This document shows positions 1 through 12,495 of a stretch of 64,000 bases of DNA, piece by piece. Origin of the DNA: Malacoraja senta. Lineage: Eukaryota. Location of the stretch: positions 5,706,001 through 5,770,000 of the forward strand of contig CM075996.1 in assembly GCA_038087875.1 (NCBI GenBank), in the 5' to 3' direction. Numbering within the stretch: the first letter of the stretch is position 1; every line of letters starts with the position of its first letter. The position numbers and the translations under genes are program-made. The notes under the pieces were generated by a model, which ran no database searches, was not told where the DNA came from, and was given only the letters and a program-made list of their open reading frames with translations.

Positions 1-344
1 ACAGAACAAGATACATGAAATTAAAGTGATGAGTGGAAAGCCCAGGATTTGGGATGTGCAAAGATTGGGGGCGGGGGGGAGAGGAGTCAGTCTACCCCAT
101 GACAGAAGGGGGAAGAGCTGTACAGTTTGATAGCCACAGGGAAGAAGGATCCCCTGTGGTGTTCTGTGCTGCATCTTGGTGGAACCAGTCTGTTGCTGAA
201 GGTGTTTCTCAGGTAGACCAGTTTGTCACGGAGGGGATGAGCTGTATTGTCCAAGATGCTCCAGCCATGATTGAATGGCAGAGTACACTTGATGGGCCAA
301 ATGGCCTAATTCTGCTCCTGGAACTTATGAATGATGTCAAACTT

Positions 345-650
345 GCAGCGGGCGCCACTATAACAGTGCAGGAGGTCACGGACAGACGCGATGGTGAATT
401 AAAGCCGTCGTCAATGAGAAGCTGTGGGTCACTCCTGTGAACCAAGTGCACTGGCATCGCAAAGAAACCATTCAGCCTGCATTTGATTTCCCCTCCGTGG
501 AGAAGGTCACAATGCGACCAAATGCAGCACACAAGACTGGAAGTGCAGGTGAATTGCTGCTTCACCTGGAAAGATACTTTTGTGTTCCTGTACAGGGGTG
601 AAAGGATATACATGGAGAAGTCCCATAAGATGGTGATTGAGGGGCATAGA
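345..650 (-). mobile_element. Penelope-like GIY-YIG fragment (decayed)
   Basis: SFQVKQQFTCTSS...FNSPS, similar to the 30767 ORF. Confidence 0.7.
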
Positions 651-1843
651 TCCAGGGAATGGCAAAGCCAGCTTACGGTATCTGACTCTTTCATTCTGTA
701 AGGTCAGAACTGCTCCTTTCTGCTCCTCATCACTTCGCAGATACACACAAAATGCTGGAGTAGCTCAGCGGGACAGGCAGCATCTCTGGATGGAAGGAAT
801 GGGTGATGTCACGGATCCATGTTCTCCAGCGATGCTGCCTAATCCGCTGACTTACTCCAGAACTTTGTGCCTACCTTTGGTACAAACCAACATCTGCGGT
901 TCCTTGTTTCTGCACAGTCTATTACAGGTTACAACTTATTTTTCAGAATGCGCCAATCAAGGCAATAGTTATTGGTCACCCCAATCTGCCTTTTTATCTT
1001 GCACTAAATGTTATTCCCTTTAGAAATGTATCTGTACACTGTTTGCAATCATTTATAGTCTTTCCGCTGACTGGTTAGCACGCAACAAAAGATTTTCACT
1101 GTACCTCGATACACATGACAATAAACTGAGCTAAACTACCCCACAGGATGCCCTGTCAGCATTGAGGACGGAGATGTCCTTGCTCCTCCTTCTCATGTTA
1201 ACAACTATTTTATTAATAGACATGCAGTGGATATCAGTCCTAGATTCACTGAAGCACTTGTTATATTTCTTTTAGTCTGTCTGGGAAACAAGGTGAAATC
1301 CGAATGAACAGATGTGATCTTCCTGCGAGTCTAGCAAAGAAACCACTGAGTATGTGTAGGAAGGAACTGCAGATGCTAGTTTACTCTGAAGATAGACACA
1401 AAATGCTGGAGTAACTCAGCGGGACAGGCAGCATCTCTGGATAGAAGGAATGGGTGACGTTTCGGGTTGAGACCCTTCTTTAGACTTCTCGACCCGAATC
1501 ACCTATTCCTTCAATCCAGAGATGCTGCCTGTTCCTCTGCGTGTTCCTCTATCTTCAAAGAAACCAACTGATTCACCTACATAAGGACAAAAATCCTCAG
1601 ATCCACTCCCTAAATGCAGTCTTGAACCTGAAATGTTAGGCGTTTCCCCACAGATACCGACTGACTTGCCGTGTATTTCCAGCATTTCCTGTTTTTATTT
1701 AGGATAAACCCAGTTTTGTACAATGCAAACTTCAATTGAATTGTGTTATTCACATCAAGTATTGGTATCCGTGCACTATATCTGGCGATAATACTCCCAT
1801 TCCCACATTTTTGGGAATTTGGGACTGGTTCGCACGCAACTAA

Positions 1844-2542
1844 AGCCCCTGTCCCACTTACGTGTCCTTGGCACGCTAATTACGCAACCTCGTGGTCGCG
1901 TTGAGGCGCGACGGTCCCGTGAAGGTCGCGCGCGACTTCATGCGCACGCACAGCCGTCTGGAGCGCGTGACGTCATTTGAAGATGGACACAAAATGCAGG
2001 AGTAACTCAGCGGGACCGGCAGCATCTCTGGAGAGAAGCAATGGGTGATGTTTCGGGTCGGGACCCTTCTTCAGTCTGAAAGAAGGGTCTTGACCTGAAA
2101 CGTCACCCATTCCTTCTCTCCAGAGATGCTGCCGGTCCCGCTGAGTTACTCCTGCATTTTGTGTCTATCTTCAATTTTCTTGGCCCCGCTCTGGGAGTAG
2201 AAGTGGGGGCGGATCCGGACCGCAACAGCCGTGAGCCCCAGGCCGAGCTCGGCGATCGTTTGCCTGCTTCTGCTGCTGTTGGAGGTGAAACATTGCGTTT
2301 GGGGTTAGGGTCTTGGGCTTGTCCCACTTTGGCCGTCAGTTACGTGACAGGCCGGTGGTGCGCGAAGATTTCGCTCGCTACAAAATTTTGGAGCGCCGCG
2401 CGATACCGCGCACAACTCCATACCCCTCCGCGCTTCTCAGTGGGACCGGCACCCCGCGCGGCCACACGATGCCCGTGCGCCTCAACGCGACAACGAGGTC
2501 GCTTAATTTGCGTGCCATGGACATGTAAGTGGGACAGGGCCT
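1844..2542. mobile_element. PIF/Harbinger-like MITE
   Basis: Long imperfect TIRs beginning AG[C/G]CCCTGTCCCACTT; TAA TSD at 1841-1843 and 2543-2545. It interrupts a repeat tail seen intact at about 1070-1130. Confidence 0.85.
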
Positions 2543-3869
2543 TAAAGCTTTTCACTGTACTTCGGTACACGTGACAATAAACTAAAGTCGACTCAATATT
2601 TAGCTGCATCTGAAAATCAAAAGCTAAAGATCAACCGAAAGAGCTATCTTGGATTCCAGTCAACAATTCTCCTTCAACTATCAATAGTTTCTACTATTCC
2701 ATTAATCTTTTGTTAGATCTCACTGCTGCTCCCACATTTAACACAACAGCAGTAATTGGTCTTCAAAAGGAATTAATTTGTAAGCATCGTGCGGCAGTTT
2801 GAGCACAACATCTGATTTTTAAAAAGTAAATGTACATAGTGTAGAAGGTTCAGAATCATGCACAATCTGACACTGAAGAAGCGAATCAAAAGCATCCAAA
2901 TTGCAGCAACAGCACAAATCATTAGATCATAAGACAAAGGAGCAGAATTAGGCCATTCAGCCCAGTGAGTCTGCTCCACCGTTCGATCATGGCTGATCTA
3001 TTTTTCCCTTTCAACCCCCATTCTCATGCCTCCTCCTAATAAACTTTGACACCCTTACTAATCAAGAAACTACCAATCAGCAAGAAATTCCACAGATTTA
3101 CCACCCTCCAGCCAAATTCATCTGTGAATATCAGCAAAATACTTAAGAAATTAATCCTACAGACTGATCTTTGAAAGAAAGTGAAATAATACAGCCTGAC
3201 AGAAAACTGCCGGTTAAAGCAGAACTCATTAATTCAAATTCCAACCTCCACACAATGCAGACTTCACCAGTCATTTATTGCTCTGGCACATTTGCATTTT
3301 GTCTGCTCAGCTATTCAAAGGTTAATGAAAGGGATCTTTCCTGATATAAACCTCCCTGGTTGGTTCAAAGTACATTTCTCTGCCTTTAGTCACTTTGAAA
3401 GGAGAGTGAAAAACTCAGAAGAAGCTTCGACGGAGAGGGGAGTTAGACCGAAACACAGCTTCAAACACAGCATTTTTGTTCTACATTTTTAGCCTTGGCA
3501 ATTATCCTGGAAGAATCAAGGTAAGAAACCTTTTTTTTCCACACGCCATGAAACTTAGGTTTCAATGCAAGGGGTGATCTGTTACGGAAGGAAACATGAT
3601 CCAAACCTACTGAGTTAGAGATTGTAATATATTGATGTATCATAATCTTATGTTGATTCCCCAATATAATGTCTTTGAACTGTAAAAGAAATTGCATTAA
3701 GCAGTAGAGTCATAGTCACAGGGTGTGGCAACAGGCCTTTCGGCCCAACTAGCCCATGCCGACTAAGATGCCCCATCTATACTAGTCCCACCTGCCTCCG
3801 TTTGGCCCATATCCTTCTAAACCTATCCTATCCATGTACCTGTCCAAATGTCTTGTAAACGTTGTGATA

Positions 3870-4422
3870 ATAATAATAATAATAATAGATTTTATTTATA
3901 TAGCGCTTTTCAGGACTCAAAGTCGCTTTACAATTGAGAGTCAGGAATAAACAAAACAAAATAGAGCAGTAAGACAGAGGGGAGGGGAACATGGAACTAA
4001 GGGTATGCAGAGGTGAAGAGATGGGTCTTGAGGCGGGACTGGAAGATGGTGAGGGACTCAGAATTTCGGACCGGTTGTGGGAGGGAATTCCAGAGCCAGG
4101 GAGCTGCCCTGGAGAAGGCTCTGCCTCCAAAAGTGCAGAGGTTTGATTTCGGAGTGGAGAGGAGACCAGCTGATGTGGATCTGAGGGACCGTGAGGGTTG
4201 GTAGGGGGAGAGGAGGTCAATGAGATAAGGGGGGGGGGGCAGGTTGTTGAGGGCTTTGTAGGTGAGGACCAGGATTTTGTAGGTGATCCGGTGGGAAATG
4301 GGAAGCCAGTGAAGTTCTTTGAGAACTGGGGTGATGTGGTGCCAGGATTTGGTGTGGGTAATGAGTCGGGTGGCTGCATTTTGGACCAGTTGGAGTCGTT
4401 TGATGCTGCTGGAATTGATTCC
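3870..4422 (-). mobile_element. L2-clade LINE 3' end inserted in a CR1 fragment
   Basis: LQLVQNAATRL...HITPVL..LHWLP...RAFS..AP.LWNSLP...LKTHLF; (TAT)n tail; GATA duplicated at 3866-3869 and 4423-4426. Confidence 0.88.
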
Positions 4423-4889
4423 GATAGTACTTGCCTCAACAACCTCCTCTAGCAGCTCGTTCCATACACACACGACCCTTTGTGTAAAATCTTATACACA
4501 GTAAATGTGAAAACTTCTTCAAAGCAGTCATACTTTGAGGAGATTTTACAATGGAGCAGTAAAAAGAACTTCCTCAAAATAGCCATGTTTTCAAGAGATT
4601 TAGCAGCAAAAAGAGGTACCCATCTCTTCGGTGAACCTTCTTGAAGACGGGTCCTGATCCAAAACATCACCTGTCCATTTCCTCCACAGATGGTACTGAC
4701 CCGTTGAGTTACTCCAGCACCTTGCGTTTTGCTAAAGACGTTGCACTTTGGCCAAGGCGAGCATGCTAGTGTACTGACTCCTGACACTTGGTGAATGAGC
4801 CTGTAAAGGTGCAGGCGGCTCTCTTCCATCAGGCCCTGTCTGTGTCCATGATGTGTGCACACAGAAATATGAAGGTGTACCCACTGTCT

Positions 4890-5819
4890 CAACAAGCAAG
4901 GACCAATTCGTGGGTCTGATGGGTTTCAGCAATGCTGGACATGATTTCCCCAAATAGAGGTGCCTCAGTAATTTTACTCTGTTAACAAATTGTCTATCTA
5001 CCCTAGTATGAGGAGACACAAGGAACTGCAGATGCTGGAATCCACCCTGGAATATTATCCCCAAACACATGTGGTCCAATTTTGTTAAATATTCATTTAT
5101 GTGGCATCTTATCGAAGGCCATATACTCTGCATCCCAGCATCCCCTTTCCCATCAGAACTGCCCTCTCCATCGACTCTTTTAAGTCAAGACTAAAAACTT
5201 ATCTATACTCCCAAGCCTTTCCTGACGTCCTCTGAGTGAGGGCTACATGTATATATGTAGTTTGTTTTGTTTATACTATTCTTATAACAAATGTAAAGCA
5301 CTTTGGCCAATGAGAGTTGTTTTTTAAATGTGCTATATAAATAAATGTGACTTGACTTGACTCTTCCCCCCTCTCTCCCCTGTCTCCCCACCCTCTCCCT
5401 CCACCACCCTCTTCCCCCCCTTCTCATTCCCCCTCTCCTCCCCCCACCCTCTTGTCTTCTTTTCCTTCCTCACTCTTCCATAATTGCTCTTCAGCGAAGG
5501 CTCGTTGTCATCATTTTTATTCAGTTTGACTTTATTCAACACAATAAAATTTCAATTTGTAAGTCAACAGACATCTGCCCAAAGAAAAACTCCAAATTGG
5601 AATCTTCTTGCTGTTTTTGTTACAACCTTATAAATTCCTTCCAAAGGAGCAATGCTAAAACTGTTGCTTTTATGTTTTAAAAATCCTTTGAATTATCAGT
5701 TAGTTTCTTCCTCGCAATGGAAAACGTCCTTTATAATCTCTGGCGTCAAAAGCCCTAGCTTTTATTTTGTTTATTTTCTCTTTGTTAATTCAGACCCACG
5801 AATTGGTCCTTGCTTGTTG
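4890..5819. mobile_element. Segment bounded by a 30-bp perfect inverted repeat (unclassified non-autonomous DNA element)
   Basis: CAACAAGCAAGGACCAATTCGTGGGTCTGA at 4890-4919 is the reverse complement of 5790-5819. Confidence 0.55.
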
Positions 5820-8800
5820 GGATGAGGGGAACAAATATAATCTATCCAAGTGTATTAATGATACTGAGCTGAGTAGCTATGTAGATTGTAAGGATGATGC
5901 AATAAGAGTATTCAAAGGGATAAAGGCTGAATTAAAATAGGTCAAATGAGCAGATAATGCAGAATATAATGCAGAAAATTATGAGTTTCCAGTGAAGCTG
6001 GTAATATAACTAAAGAAGAGTATTTTATATGGGGTGGGAGATTGCAACCTTCACGTGGTCCGCCCTGTTTCGACCAATGCAATCAACGCGGTGTGCACAA
6101 TCAAATAAGATCAAATAGAACAAGTTGTCCTACAATGTCAGGCTGTGCACGCCATACGCAAGAAGAAGAAGAGTACTTTATAAATGAATACAAATTTTAA
6201 AGTGTTGGTGTTCAGAAGAACTTGGCTGTCCTTGCAAATCACTGCAATTTAACATGCAGGTATAGGATAAAAGTAAAAAAGAAAAATTAAATGTTAGCTT
6301 TTATTGCAAGAGGATTTGTGTACAAGAGTAGAGCTCTTACAGGGCTGCAGCAAGACCACAACTGGAATATTGTGCGCAGGCCAGGTCAAGTCTCCCCTTC
6401 AGGATATGCAGGTCACCACCGATTTTCCGGCAACTGGTGGTCCCACACTTCCATTAATCCGGACAAAATTATGAGAGCACACTTGAAGTCTCCCCCAGAA
6501 GTCCCCCCGAAAATGTGGCGCCTAGGCTGGGTGAGGTAATGATTTCACCCTCCTTGGGACTTCCATGCTGATCGACGGGTGAATTTGCTCCCTGTGGCCG
6601 GGCTCTGGAACTCCGGCCTGGCTAGAGCCGGCAGATCCGTTCCCATAGCTGACTTTGCAGGCCGGTATCTCGCCCCCCTTGGCGGCCTAGGTGGACCTTT
6701 CTGGTACCGTTGGACTCCTCTCAGAGGCTGTGACCTCTGTTGGTCCGGCAAAACGGATAATCCAGAAAGGCTCTGAAACCACGGATGCCAGAAAATCTTG
6801 CACTTGCAAAAGAGGGAGTGCAGTGAGGGTTCACCAAAATAATTTCTGGGATTGAGGGGGTTTGGCTGGTTGGATCGGTGGCGGTGGTTGTTGTCTCAAG
6901 TGAAGGGAGATTGAGCAAAGATCATACTTTTCACAGTTTAGAGGACATTATCCTTTGTATGTCCACCATCTTCAACAAGGTTCCAGCATTGGTCAAATCA
7001 TCCTTTCCCTCTCCTCTTTCAGCATTCTGAATGCATCATTCCCTTTGCAACTCCCTGGTTCGCTCTACCATTCCCATCAACACTTCTCTTTCTCATGCCA
7101 AATTCCTGTCCTGCTGCAGAGATACAAAACTTGCCATTTCATCTCACTCTTTTTTTCACTTGGTGGTGAAGAAGGTATTTGGCACGCTTGCTTTCATTGG
7201 TAAGTATATAGTAAGTAAGTAGGTAAGTAAGTAATTTTTATTGATATAGCACTTTTAAATCAAATCACGTTGAAGCCAAAGTGCTTTACAGAAAAAAAAT
7301 TAGATTACCATATATCCATATAAAATAAAAAAGAGAAAAAAGACACAATACACTATAGGACTCAACATATAGATAGAGCTCTAGGGGCTAGTGGAATCAA
7401 GGGATATGGGGAGAGGGCAGGCACGGGTTATTGATTGGGGACAATCAGCCATGATCACAATGAATGGCGGTGCTGGCTCGAAGGGCCGAATGGCCTCCTC
7501 CTGCACCTATTTTCTATGTTTCTATGATTGAGTACAAAAGTTGCAAATCATGTTGAGACCACACGGGGCCCTGTATGCAGTTCTAGTAGTTCAGCTATAG
7601 GAAGGATTTTATTAAGCTGGAAATGGTGCAGAAGGGATTCACCAGGAAGTTACCTAGGCTGTGTAGGAAAGAACTGCAGATGCTGGTTTAAATTGAAGGT
7701 AGACACAAAATGCTGGAGTAACTCAGTGGGTCAGGCAGCATCTCTGGAGAAAAGGAATGGGTGATGTTTCGGGTCGAGACCCTTCTTCAGACTTGTGGGC
7801 TTGAGTTGTTAAGAGAGAATGGATTGGCTGGGACTTATTTCTTTGGAGTGTAGGAGGCTGAGAGGTGACCTTGCTGAGGTGTAGAGGATCATGAGAGACA
7901 TGGATGAAGTGGACACACACTGTCTTTTCCCCAGGATAGAGCATTCTAAAACTGGAGGGCATAGGCCTTGTTGAGAGGGGAAAGATTTAAGAGACTTCAG
8001 GGGCAACTTTTTCCTCTCAAAGGGTATTCCATATCTGAAATGAGCTGCCAGAGGAAGCTATAGAAGCAGATACAGTTATAATTTTTAAGACATTTCCACA
8101 AATGTATGGAAGCAAGGGTTTAGAGGGCTATGGCCAAGTGCGGGCAAATGGGACAAAACCAGTATGCCAACTTGGTCAGTGTGGAGAAGGTGGGCCGAAA
8201 GGCCTGTTTCTGTGCCATACTGCCCTATGATTATAATTGGGGAGCCCAAAATACCTTCCAGGTGAAGCACATTGGATTTCTTCTAATAAAATCTATTATA
8301 TTCAGTACTCCTACTGATGGAGAAATTGAATGCATGAATACCTTCATTCAGTCTGTAGGGGGAACCCTTAGTTTCTAGTCACCTGCCACTTTAATTTTCT
8401 GTCACTGTTTCAACTGTGTACAACCTCTAACTACAGAAATTTAACATTGCAGCATTCATGAATTACACAGGCTGCATCTCTAATCTGAAACTGTCCCAGA
8501 GCTAGATGTTAAGAGTCAAAGCTGCAAATTCCCCACATTTGTTTTGACACCAAAAAAAATGTTATTGGTAATTGTATCCATGCCTTGGGGCCCTAACCCA
8601 GGGAAAGGTGAGTGCAATCTATCCACACCGAGCAAACGAAGCCTGGAGAAGAGAGGGGGGGGGGGGGGGGGGGGAGGAAAGAGGAGAGGAGAAAAGGGTT
8701 GAAGAGGGACTAGAGGAGAGTGGAAAGATGCAATCAATTTGGTCGGAACCAGTTAACCTTCAGATCTCCAGTTGTGCAGCCTTCCTCTCCCTATTGTCTC

Positions 8801-9124
8801 AGACCCCCCCCCCAACCTTCTCATTAGCTCCACATTCTTTACCTCTGCAATGCACCCGCCTCCATTGTCCAGGATCAATCTCCCTGTGTCTCCAGTTCCT
8901 CAGATTACCTCCCTCTTCTGTTTCCAATGTCTTGTATCTCCCTTCCCCTCCCGTTACTCGCCTCTACCCCCTCTCTCCCCTCTCTCCCCTGATCCAGTGA
9001 CTCAACCTCCATCCCACAGCCTCCAGCGTCTCGGATCTCCCTCCTTCCTCTTGCTTTCCCGTATCTCCCTCTCCCTCTCCCTCTCCCGCCATGGTTCAGG
9101 GTCTCCCCCCCTTCATTCACTCAC

Positions 9125-9166
9125 CCCCAGCTGTCCCGCCGCAGCCACTCTCGCCGCCGCCGCCAT
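9125..9166 (-). CDS. Candidate first coding exon of an unidentified minus-strand gene (MAAAARVAAAGQLG)
   Basis: Strong Kozak (GTG-ATG-G), poly-Ala start, consensus GTGAGT donor at 9124-9119 and CpG-rich context. No downstream exons were identified. Confidence 0.45.
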
Positions 9167-9647
9167 CACTCTTATCTTGCATGTAAACTACACCGTCTGT
9201 CCCCTGCAGCCCTGAAGAAAGGTTCCGCCTACGGAGCCTGAACAGGGCAGCGAGCAAGTTCAACCCCCACTTGTACAGTAACGCCTGATGCCAGCAAAGC
9301 GACAATGGGGTGGGGTGGGGGGGGGGGATCACAGGGAGAGGGAAATTGATCGGGGAACTGAATGCAAAAAGGGGGTGGATTAACCAGGGAGGCAATGTAA
9401 AAGGAAGAAAATTAGCCTGGCTGCAATTGGATCCGCCTTGACTTCACATTTTCATTTGTGAGCTGGTTTTTTTATCTTCTTTAAACCTATTCAGTTATGG
9501 TGTGTCGGTTTCAGTGCTTCTTATCCTCACACTTTTGATTTTAGTCGTGTTCGGGTAATGGTTAGACTCTGGAGCTTCCCACTGGGTTGAGGAAATGTAC
9601 CCACAGCTGCTAACATCTATCCTTCTAGCCACATATAATTATTCCTT

Positions 9648-10130
9648 GGTACACATAAAATGCTGGAGAAACTTACTCAGCGGGTGCAGCAGCATCTATG
9701 GAGCGAAGGAAATAGGCAACGTTTCGGGCCGAAACCCCTTTTTTTTTTAAAATAGGATGGAGTCGAGGTAGGTGGAGATGAGTTCGGTGGGGCACGAACA
9801 GGCAGAGACAATGGGTCTACCGGGACAGTCAGGTTTGTGGATTTTGGGGAGAAGGTAAAAGCGGGCTGTGCGGGGCTGGGGAACGATGAGGTTGGAGGCT
9901 CGGTCGGGCAGGGCGTGGGAGTGGATGAAGTCGGTGATGGTGCTGGAGATGGTGGCCTGGTGCTCGTCAGTGGGGTCATGGTCCAGGGGTAAGTAGGAGG
10001 AGGTGTCCGAGAGTTGGCGCGTGGCCTCAGCTTTGTAGAGATCGACGCGCCAGACTACCACGGCACCTCCCTTGTCGGCGGGTTTGATAACCCAAGCTAG
10101 GTTGTTGCGGAGTGAGTCGATGGCAGTGCG
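9648..10130 (-). mobile_element. Penelope-like insertion: RT fragment joined to terminal repeat, 12-bp TSD
   Basis: IKPADKGGAVV...FYLLPKIHKP..PGRPIVS; TAATTATTCCTT at 9636-9647 and 10131-10142. Confidence 0.85.
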
Positions 10131-10554
10131 TAATTATTCCTTCACCCTCCTGGACCTATTCTCAGCTCGCACTGACGTGGCATGTTTCCCAAATGAAGTT
10201 GGCGTTCCAGGAGTTCTGCTGTAATTCAGCAGCAAAGTTTATTTCGAGGTTTTGAATTGCTTGCACTCTGCAGTGCAGAACTTCCTCTCACGTGTTGGTC
10301 TGCTGGTCTCCGTGTTAATCTTATGACAGATGGCATTCCATACCTGACAAAACCAATTTCTGATTGAAATCTGAAGTGCAAGGTCATTGAGATAAATATC
10401 AGGGGTGAGATTTTTTTTATAGACGTAATTTGTTTCCACTGTGTGTTCTGAGAGTTGAAATCACCGTTTGTAAATCTAAAATCATCAACAGTAATACTTG
10501 GGTATTGGACTTTTTAGCAGCTGGGAAAAGTACCTTGGAGTCTTCAGAGTTTTA

Positions 10555-10835
10555 GAAATGCAGCATGGAAACAGGCTCTTCAGGCCAACAAGACCATCTA
10601 TCGCCCGTACACTTGTTCTATTCCCTACACTGGGGGGCAATTTGCAGAAGCCATTTATCCTACAAACCCGCAGGTCTTTGGATTGTGGGAGGAAACCGGA
10701 GCACCCGGAGAAAACCCTCGCGGTCACGGGTAGAATGTACAAACTCCGTACAGACAGCGCCTGAGATTAGAATCGAACCCGAGTCTCTGGCGTTGTGAGG
10801 CGGCAGTTTTCCCGCTGCGTCACTTTACTGCCCTG
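10555..10835 (-). mobile_element. tRNA-derived SINE (HE1-like)
   Basis: tRNA-like head (box B GGTTCGATTC on the minus strand), central TGCTCCGGTTTCCTCCCAC motif and a CR1-like tail; related copies at about 20397-20602, 24430-24770 and 36860-37295. Confidence 0.7.
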
Positions 10836-10949
10836 CATCCCTTGAACGTTGGAGATGGAGGTATCACTAATTCTAAAGTGAAGTTTTCATCAGGAAAGCT
10901 CTCACAGCGTCGCACAGCTGGATGTCAAATTGGAAGATCATTTACTGAC

Positions 10950-11850
10950 TGCATTATCTCGACTAACAGACGAGGTCCCAGAGGACCGAAGACCAGAGAA
11001 TATTGTCCTTTTATTTAAGAATGGATATAGTTTAAGCAGCAAAATTATAGTCCAGTAGATCATGTCAGTGGCAGGGAACAATTGAAGAGAATTCTTAGGG
11101 ATAGGATTTACGTGTATTTGAAAGAGAATGAGTTAAATGGGAACTGTCATCATGGCTTTGTCTGGGGCAGGTCATGTTTTACAAACCTTATTGAATATTT
11201 TGAGGATGTGATGAAGGGGGTTGCTAAGGGTAGGGAGGTAGATGTTGTCTACATGGAAGACAATAAGGCATTTGACAAGTCTGAAGAAGGGTTTCGGCCC
11301 GAAACGTTGCCTATTTCCTTCGCTCCATAGATGCTGCTGCACCCGCTGAGTTTCTCCAGCATTTTTGTGTACCCAAGGCATTTGACAAGGTCCCTTAAGG
11401 TCCCGCGGTTTGGATTCAGAATTGGGTTACCCATAAAGGACAGAGGATAAAGGTGGAAGGTTATTACTATTCTGACTGAAGGGGGAAAGATTTAATGGGA
11501 ACCTAAGGGGTAACTTTTTTAAACAAAGGGTGGTGGATGTATGGAACAAGCTTCCAGAGGCAGTAGTTGAGGCAGGTACTGTTGGGTTTGGGTTCCTCCC
11601 GCTTCCCAAAGATGTGGGTATTAGGCTGACCAGTGAAAATTGCCCCTAAATTGTAGTCAAAGGGGGAGAAGGGCCTGTTGGTACCATAACAACATTTAAA
11701 TGTACTATAGTGATTTTGTAAAGACATTTGGACAGATGTACGGAGAGTAAAGTTTTAGAGGGATACGGGCCAGGTGGGACTAGCATAGATGAGGCATTTT
11801 GGTCGGCATGGGCAGAAGGGCCCGGTTCAATGCTCTATGACTCTGAGAAC
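10950..11850 (+). mobile_element. CR1 LINE fragment (decayed)
   Basis: HGF..GRSCFTNLIEYFEDV...VDVVYM...KAFDK and a CR1-type 3' end. Confidence 0.75.
11280..11374 (+). mobile_element. 95-bp Penelope-derived mini-element with a hammerhead-like core, 15-bp TSD
   Basis: AAGGCATTTGACAAG at 11265-11279 and 11375-11389, inside a CR1 RT fragment. Confidence 0.85.
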
Positions 11851-12495
11851 ATGTAAACATGGACAGCATATGAAGTCAGGATTCAATTTGGGTCTCTGGC
11901 ACATGAGGTAGTGATTCTACTGGCTATTCCACCATGCTGTCCCTATGTGTTATTCTGAATTGTTCCATGTCAGCAATGAATAACATTCCTATCCATTTTG
12001 AAATCGTTCAAAGCATTCCATTCTCTGTAACTCTTCCAGTATTCCAAGTGTCTTGTTTTTCCCCCCATTCCTGCCATTATGAGGATTCTTAATTTTAAAG
12101 GTGACCTTTTGTTTCTCTATTTTTCTTTCTTCAGTTTAGGAAATCCTGGGAAGTCTACTTCCAGACTAAGCTTTTGATTACCTTTGATAACAAAATTAAT
12201 CAATACGAATATCAAAATCAAAACTGCAGATGCTGGAAATCTGAAACAAACACTGGAAAAAATCACAGCAGTTCAGCAGCATCTGTTGGAGCACTACATG
12301 ATTTTGGTCTATCATTTCTGAAGGGTCGCAGACCCAAAACTTTGACGAGTTATTTTTCTCACAGATGCTGCCTGAGCTTCTGAAGTAAATCAAAAACGAT
12401 TGTCTCATTTCAATCTTGTTCTTTCTTCGCCAGGCATGCATAAGAACGAGGCTTTTGTTCATAACAAACTAAGTCCACAATGGAGAATAATAAAG

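Noticed and set aside
670..745. Possible minus-strand exon (LRSDEEQKGAVLTLQNERVRY, GTAAGC donor)
   Set aside because: No convincing acceptor, wedged between repeats, and no recognisable homology.
10770..10835. tRNA gene
   Set aside because: tRNA-like A/B boxes are the head of a SINE and continue into SINE body and tail.
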